Source of the DNA: SAR202 cluster bacterium
GTDB taxonomy: Bacteria > Chloroflexota > Dehalococcoidia > Lucifugimonadales > UBA3495
DNA length: 32,000 bases
Reading direction: 5' to 3'
Assembly: GCA_009392095.1 (NCBI GenBank)
Contig: VFHF01000183.1
Span: 1-32,000 of the forward strand
Below, in pieces: positions 27,001 through 32,000 of this stretch (position 1 is its first letter; each line of letters begins with the position of its first letter). Under the pieces are notes generated by a model. The model saw only the letters and a program-made list of their open reading frames with translations. It searched no databases and was not told the DNA's origin. Made by a program: the position numbers and the translations under genes.

Positions 27001-27471
27001 ATGTTTAACCCCCTAGGCTGGATCAAGCCACAGATCGCCCTAGCCCATTGTGATATCCCGTGCGGTATCTACGATCCCGTTTCCGCCAAGATCGCCGCCC
27101 AGACCGTCCAGAAGATGACGCTGCGAATACAGGCGTTAGAGCGTCCTGGTGACGGTGACGCTGCTGGATTTGCAGATTACGCCAACAAGATCGCCCGGTA
27201 TGTGGAAGTCAAAGAGCAACATGCCGAGACTTGCAAGCACGAGCTAGCGGTGCTCTGGGCCGATTACGGTTGGCCGAACACTCCGGACGGCTTCGACCTG
27301 CACGGAACGTTCAACGCCGCGTTGAAACTGGCCGGCCAGTGCAAGCAGAATGTCGATATGGCCAAGTGCGAGGAATTGGTCGCGACTTGTGACGCCATCG
27401 CCGCCGCATTTTGGGCCACCAAGGGTGAGACCTACAGCGATCCGCTTTCTACAGCACGATACGGCGCGTAA
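27001..27471 (+). CDS. sodN: Nickel-dependent superoxide dismutase precursor
   Basis: The Ni-hook HCDIPCGIYDP begins at His16 (27046) after a 15-aa propeptide, MFNPLGWIKPQIALA. 156 aa. AGGAGAGG lies upstream of the ATG. Confidence 0.92.
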   Translation: MFNPLGWIKPQIALAHCDIPCGIYDPVSAKIAAQTVQKMTLRIQALERPGDGDAAGFADYANKIARYVEVKEQHAETCKHELAVLWADYGWPNTPDGFDLHGTFNAALKLAGQCKQNVDMAKCEELVATCDAIAAAFWATKGETYSDPLSTARYGA

Positions 27472-27495
27472 GCCACAACCCAATCATGGCAAATT

Positions 27496-27527
27496 AAAAA
27501 GGCTCCCCGCCACCGGGGAGCCTTTTT
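27496..27527. terminator. Bidirectional rho-independent terminator between convergent sodN and hemL
   Basis: Perfect 13-bp stem aaaaaggctcccc (27496-27508) and ggggagccttttt (27515-27527) with loop gccacc. The A5/T5 arm ends give U-tracts in both directions. Confidence 0.8.
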
Positions 27528-27547
27528 GTCTACGTATTTTTAGGGGA

Positions 27548-28834
27548 TTACCGCAGGCTGTTCAACGCAGCCTCGACCTTGGCGATCGTGGCGTTGATGT
27601 CGGCCTCAGTGTGGGCAGTGGAGACGAAGCCGGCCTCGAACTGGGATGGCGCGATGTAGACCCCCTGCTCTTGCATCGCGTGGAAGTAACGTCCGTACAT
27701 CTCTGTGTCCGAACCCTCGGCATTAGCCAGGCCCTCTACCGGACCGGGATTGAAGAAACCGGTGAACATCGAACCCACTCGGTTGATGGTGCAGGGTATC
27801 CCCATCGCTTGAAAGGCTTTCGTCAGACCGTCGGTCAGCCGCTGGGCCAGGCTGTCCAGCCGCTCGAAGGCGCCAGGTTTCTGCAGTTCGGTCAGGGTTG
27901 CGATCCCGGCGCTCACCGCCAGAGGGTTGCCCGATAGCGTGCCTGCCTGGTACATGGCGCCCAAGGGCGCGACCATCCCCATCACGTCTTTTCGCCCGCC
28001 GTAGGCCCCCACCGGCAGTCCTCCTCCGATGATCTTGCCCATGGTTGTGATGTCTGGAGCGATTCCGTACAGGCCCTGGGCGCCGTTGGGCCCGACCCGG
28101 AACCCGGTGATGACTTCGTCGAAGATGAGCAGAGCGCCGTTGTCTTGGCTGATCTTTCGCAGCGCTGCCAAGAACCCCTCTCGTGGTAGGACTACGCCCA
28201 TGTTGCCTGCCACCGGCTCGATGATAATGGCGGCGATACCTCCGGGATTGGCCTCGAAGAACCGCTCCACAGACTCGATGTCGTTGTAGTCGGCGACTAG
28301 AGTCTCGCTGGCGTATGACTCGGGAACTCCCGCGCTGGTGGGGATGCCGTGGGTCAAAGCGCCGGACCCGGCCTTGACCAGCAGCCCGTCGGCATGGCCG
28401 TGGTAGCAGCCGGCGAACTTGATGATCTTGTCGCGGTTGGTAAAGGCCCTTGCCAGCCGGATAGCACTCATACAGGCCTCAGTGCCGGAGCTGACCAGCC
28501 GGACCGATTCCACTGACGGCAGCCCTTCGCAGATCATCTTAGCCAGTTCTACTTCCTGTTCCACAGGCGCGCCGAAGCTGGTACCGCCTTCGGCTGTTTT
28601 CTTCAGGACTTCAACGATTGCGGGGTGAGCGTGTCCTAGGACCAGCGGTCCCCAGGAACCTAGATAATCGATGTATTCGTTGCCGTCCACGTCCCAGACC
28701 CGTGATCCCTTACCTCGGGCGATGAAGGGCGGAGTGCCGCCTACGGCTTTGAACGACCGGACCGGGCTGTTAACGCCGCCTGGGATGTATTTCTGGGCCT
28801 CGGCGAATAGTGCTTCCGATTTGCTAAGTTGCAT
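27548..28834 (-). CDS. hemL: Glutamate-1-semialdehyde 2,1-aminomutase
   Basis: S.ALF..A...IPGGVNSPVRSFKAVGG.P.FI..G.GS.VWDVDGNEYIDY.GSWGP..LGHAHP, then DEV.TGFR and the PLP-lysine region TMGKIIGGG.P. 428 aa. Confidence 0.95.
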   Translation of the reverse strand: MQLSKSEALFAEAQKYIPGGVNSPVRSFKAVGGTPPFIARGKGSRVWDVDGNEYIDYLGSWGPLVLGHAHPAIVEVLKKTAEGGTSFGAPVEQEVELAKMICEGLPSVESVRLVSSGTEACMSAIRLARAFTNRDKIIKFAGCYHGHADGLLVKAGSGALTHGIPTSAGVPESYASETLVADYNDIESVERFFEANPGGIAAIIIEPVAGNMGVVLPREGFLAALRKISQDNGALLIFDEVITGFRVGPNGAQGLYGIAPDITTMGKIIGGGLPVGAYGGRKDVMGMVAPLGAMYQAGTLSGNPLAVSAGIATLTELQKPGAFERLDSLAQRLTDGLTKAFQAMGIPCTINRVGSMFTGFFNPGPVEGLANAEGSDTEMYGRYFHAMQEQGVYIAPSQFEAGFVSTAHTEADINATIAKVEAALNSLR

Positions 28835-28916
28835 GCAACGTCCTGATTAAAAATATCGGCGATTGAATATTCTTCTGTCTCTTTCAACGCTGGTTTGATC
28901 GATGTCCGATTGGTGT

Positions 28917-29900
28917 CTATTCCGCTTCTTTCAGCCACTTCGCCACTTCTTTGGCGTGGTAGGTGAGAATGGTATCGGCTCCGGCGCGTTTGATGGAGGT
29001 CAGAACTTCCATGATGACCGTCTTCTCGTCGACCCACCCGTTGGCGGCTGCGGCTTTGATCATGGAGTACTCGCCGCTGACGTTGTAGGCGGCTAGAGGC
29101 AGGTCGAACCGGTCCTTGGCCTGGCGAATAACGTCCAGGTAGGACAGGGCGGGTTTCACCATCACGATGTCTGCGCCCTCGGCTATATCGGCTTCGATCT
29201 CGCGCATGGCCATGCGGGCGTTGGCCGGGTCCATCTGATAGCCCTTGCGGTCTCCGAATTGGGGCGTTGAATTGGCGGCCACCCGGAACGGCCCATAGAA
29301 CCCTGACGAATACTTGGCCGCGTAACCCATGACCGGCACATCTTCGTAGCCTTGGTCGTTCAACGCTTGGCGGATCGCCCAGACCTGTCCGTCCATCATG
29401 GCCGATGGCGCCGGAAGGTCGGCGCCGGCTTGAACGTGGGATACAGCGGTCTTGCCCAGGAGTTCTAGAGTTTGGTCATTATCGATCCGGTTGTTGTCGA
29501 TGACGCCGCAGTGTCCGTGGTCGGTGTACTCGCACATGCAGACATCGGTTACCACCATCATGTTGGGATGGTCTTTCTTGATCATCCGCACGGCTTCTTG
29601 CACGATGCCTTCGGGGTCATACCCTTCGGTGCCCAGGGGGTCTTTCTCGGCGGGCAGTCCGAACAGCAGAACGGAAGGGATGCCCAATTCCAGGGCCTCG
29701 CCAACCTCCTCGGACAGCACGTCCAGCGACATCTGAAACTGGCCGGGCATGGGCTCGATGGCTTCTTTGACGCCGTGTCCGTGGGCCACGAACAGGGGAT
29801 AAACGAACTCTTTTACGGTGAGGCGGGTCTCCCGGGCCATGTTGCGCATGGGTTCGCTACCGCGCAGGCGGCGCAACCGTGAGTCAGGGAAGCTGGTCAT
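28917..29900 (-). CDS. hemB: Porphobilinogen synthase (delta-aminolevulinate dehydratase), Zn-type
   Basis: RLRRLR...R....E..L....F.YPLFV, the Cys-rich zinc site DVCMCEYTDHGHCG, the active-site regions PSAMMDG and VMVKPAL.YLD, then YNVSGEY.M. 327 aa. Confidence 0.95.
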   Translation of the reverse strand: MTSFPDSRLRRLRGSEPMRNMARETRLTVKEFVYPLFVAHGHGVKEAIEPMPGQFQMSLDVLSEEVGEALELGIPSVLLFGLPAEKDPLGTEGYDPEGIVQEAVRMIKKDHPNMMVVTDVCMCEYTDHGHCGVIDNNRIDNDQTLELLGKTAVSHVQAGADLPAPSAMMDGQVWAIRQALNDQGYEDVPVMGYAAKYSSGFYGPFRVAANSTPQFGDRKGYQMDPANARMAMREIEADIAEGADIVMVKPALSYLDVIRQAKDRFDLPLAAYNVSGEYSMIKAAAANGWVDEKTVIMEVLTSIKRAGADTILTYHAKEVAKWLKEAE

Positions 29901-29920
29901 GACGTCCTTTTCTCCTAATC

Positions 29921-31456
29921 CTACTTGCGGGAAAGCTTGCCTCCGGCGAAATGGTTGGTCAGCGCATCCACCAGGCCTTCGACGGTGTGCTCGGTTGCTT
30001 CCAGGTCTACCCGCAGTCCCATCTCGCGGGCGGTGGCGGCGGTTACCGGGCCGATGCAGGCGATGAAACTGGCGTCCAGACCTGCGAGGTCACCCTCCAG
30101 CATCTCAACCAGGTTACGCACCGTGGAGGAACTGGTAAAGGTTACGACATCGATGCCGTCAAGAAAAGCTTTTTTGGCCAAGTCGCTTATGCCCTCCACC
30201 GGCACGTTCCGATAGGCCGCCAGTCGGTTGACCTGGGCGCCCATAGCGGAGAGTTCTTTTTCGAGTTCGTCGCGGCCGATGTCGGATGCGGGGAGCAAAA
30301 CAGAAACGCCATTCCAGTCCTGGCCTGAAAGTTCATCGAGGATAGTCTCGGCAACCGAACGGCTGGGCACGAAATCAGCGGTGATTCCCCTGCGGTCCAA
30401 TGCCTGTGCGGTGGCGGGGCCGATGGCGCCAATGGTCGTTCCGGCCAACGCCCGCGCGTCCTTCCCTTGCAGTTCAAGCCGCTCGAATACCGACTTAACA
30501 GAGTTAGCGCTAGCGAATATCACCCACTGGTAATCAGATATTTTCTCCAGCGTGGCGTCCAGAAGAGAGAAGTCTTTCAGGGGTACGATCTGGATGGTCG
30601 GCAGTTCCACCGCGTTGGCTCCGGCCTGCTCCAGCAGGGTGCACAGCCGTGACGCCTGAGAGCGGGAGCGGGTCACCAGTACTCGCTTGCCGAACAGTAT
30701 CCGCGTGTCGAACCAAGCTAGTTCTTCCCGGAGGTTGACTACCGCGCCGATGACCGTGATCACCGGAGGAGTCAGGCCAGCTTTTTGGCCTTCCTCGAGG
30801 ATGTTGCCGATGTTTCCCGTAACGGTGCGCTGGTCGCTCCAGGTGCCCCACTGCACCAGAGCTGCGGGCGTGCTGGAAGGTAGGCCCTCTTGTTGCAGGG
30901 TGGCCAGGATCTTTTCCAGAGACGCCCATCCCATTAGCACCACCAGGGTGCCGCCGTTCTTGGCCAGGACCTCCCAGGGGATGGTGGACTCGGGCTTGGA
31001 TGGGTCTTCGCTGCCGCTGACGACTGTGAACGTCGTCGAGATGCCCCGGTGGGTCAGGGGTATGCCCGCGTAGGCTGGTCCGGCGATAGCTGAAGTAACG
31101 CCGGGGACGATTTCAAATGGCAGGCCGTTGGCTTTGAGTTCGAGGGCTTCTTCCCCGCCACGGCCAAACACGAATGGGTCGCCGCCCTTCAAGCGCACCA
31201 CGGTGAACCCCTGAGATGCTTTGTCCACAAGCAGTTGGTTGATCTCCGGCTGGGTCAGTTGTTGGCGCCCGCGGGCTTTGCCGACGAAGATACGTTCGGC
31301 GTCTTCTGGGACGGCGTTCAAGAGGATCGGGTCTACCAGGCGGTCGTAAACGACGACTTGGGCCTGCTCCAGCGCTTGCATTCCCTTGACTGTGATTAGG
31401 CCGGGGTCGCCGGGTCCGGCTCCCACCAGATACACTCTACCGGTCAATGATTCCAC
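29921..31456 (-). CDS. cobA/hemD: Bifunctional uroporphyrinogen-III C-methyltransferase / uroporphyrinogen-III synthase fusion
   Basis: The N-terminal half is SUMT (VYLVGAGPGDPGLITVKG...A.VVVYDRL, VVRLKGGDPFVFGRGGEE, VPGVTSA). The C-terminal half, starting about GKRVLVTRSRSQAS, is HemD-like. 511 aa. Confidence 0.9.
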   Translation of the reverse strand: MESLTGRVYLVGAGPGDPGLITVKGMQALEQAQVVVYDRLVDPILLNAVPEDAERIFVGKARGRQQLTQPEINQLLVDKASQGFTVVRLKGGDPFVFGRGGEEALELKANGLPFEIVPGVTSAIAGPAYAGIPLTHRGISTTFTVVSGSEDPSKPESTIPWEVLAKNGGTLVVLMGWASLEKILATLQQEGLPSSTPAALVQWGTWSDQRTVTGNIGNILEEGQKAGLTPPVITVIGAVVNLREELAWFDTRILFGKRVLVTRSRSQASRLCTLLEQAGANAVELPTIQIVPLKDFSLLDATLEKISDYQWVIFASANSVKSVFERLELQGKDARALAGTTIGAIGPATAQALDRRGITADFVPSRSVAETILDELSGQDWNGVSVLLPASDIGRDELEKELSAMGAQVNRLAAYRNVPVEGISDLAKKAFLDGIDVVTFTSSSTVRNLVEMLEGDLAGLDASFIACIGPVTAATAREMGLRVDLEATEHTVEGLVDALTNHFAGGKLSRK

Positions 31457-31496
31457 CTTAAAAAGATGCCCACTTAAAAATTCTATTGGCGGTTGA

Positions 31497-32000
31497 TTAC
31501 CCTTGGTTCGCTCTGGCAGCCGCCACCAGATCAGCGCCGCCCTGTTCCACCAAGGCTAGGTAGGCGTCGCCGGCTAGCTGTAGAGGATCTCGTTTCAGCC
31601 CCCGTACCTTGGTTGTGAAGTTTTTTTCACCGTCCTCGGTACTCATGTATATCGTCATGACCATGATGTCTTCGACGCATTGCGCATAAGCGCCTACCGG
31701 GATGCTGCAGCCGCCGCCAAGTTTTTCCAGAAAAGCCCGTTCCGCCGTGGCTTCGTAGCGGGTGTCTGCGTCGTTGATGGCGCTCAACAATTCCAGCATC
31801 CGGTGGTCGTCCGCCCGCGCCTCCACGGCTAGTATGCCCTGTCCGGGCGGCGGCACGAACTGCGAGGTGGATAGATATTCAGCGACTTGGTCTTGCAGTC
31901 CCAACCGAATCATACCGGCGGCAGCCAGGATAGCCCCGTCAGCCTCCTCGCCCTGGGCCTTCCTAAGCCGGGTCTCCACGTTCCCCCGGATGGAAACGAC
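31497..32000 (-). CDS. hemC: Hydroxymethylbilane synthase (porphobilinogen deaminase), C-terminal part; the 5' end lies beyond the window
   Basis: The frame stays open to base 32000 (...VVSIRGNVETRLRKA...DGAILAAAGMIRLG...QGILAVE...ER.FL..LGGGCSIPVGAYA). It contains the cofactor Cys motif GGGCS.P. The 'M' at 31979 in the ORF track is an internal GTG. Confidence 0.9.
   Translation of the reverse strand, partial: VVSIRGNVETRLRKAQGEEADGAILAAAGMIRLGLQDQVAEYLSTSQFVPPPGQGILAVEARADDHRMLELLSAINDADTRYEATAERAFLEKLGGGCSIPVGAYAQCVEDIMVMTIYMSTEDGEKNFTTKVRGLKRDPLQLAGDAYLALVEQGGADLVAAARANQG

Noticed and set aside
27548-32000. The hem cluster (hemC, cobA-hemD, hemB, hemL) as unusual
   Set aside because: The gene order and the SUMT-HemD fusion are well known in several phyla, so this is ordinary biosynthetic context. 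hemA presumably lies beyond the window.

Overview
GC-rich, gene-dense bacterial chromosomal segment. Hand counts of single 60-nt lines in housekeeping genes give about 65-68% G+C. I support 28 protein-coding genes, one of them truncated at the right edge. I recognised no rRNA, tRNA, CRISPR array, transposase or integrase. Left to right: surE; a minus-strand block with a three-ORF cobalt-type nitrile hydratase (alpha plus a beta subunit split into two ORFs), two luciferase-like (LLM) flavin/F420 oxidoreductases and a CE4 deacetylase-like hydrolase; serS and lysS; an AT-richer orphan gene with DUF3800-like motifs; rplY (L25/Ctc); an alpha/beta hydrolase; an erythrin-VIT1/CCC1 iron transporter fusion; an NTF2-like protein coupled to a class II aldolase; a tandem NIPSNAP protein; and a DinB-like fusion protein. 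Next comes a plus-strand pair of a Vms1/ANKZF1-like (acVLRF1-type) peptidyl-tRNA hydrolase and MutS2 (Smr domain). A long minus-strand run follows: ilvD, malic enzyme, tldD, rmuC, pmbA/tldE, crotonase. The window ends with nickel superoxide dismutase sodN and a haem cluster (hemC partial, cobA-hemD fusion, hemB, hemL). LLM paralogues, NiSOD, acVLRF1 and the hem gene order suggest Chloroflexota or Actinomycetota, by inference only. The most interesting candidate is the acVLRF1-MutS2 pair, a possible bacterial ribosome-quality-control operon. Secondary candidates are the DUF3800-like orphan, the split-beta nitrile hydratase cluster and the tldD-rmuC-pmbA arrangement. All family assignments come from motif recognition by eye and memory. 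No searches were run.
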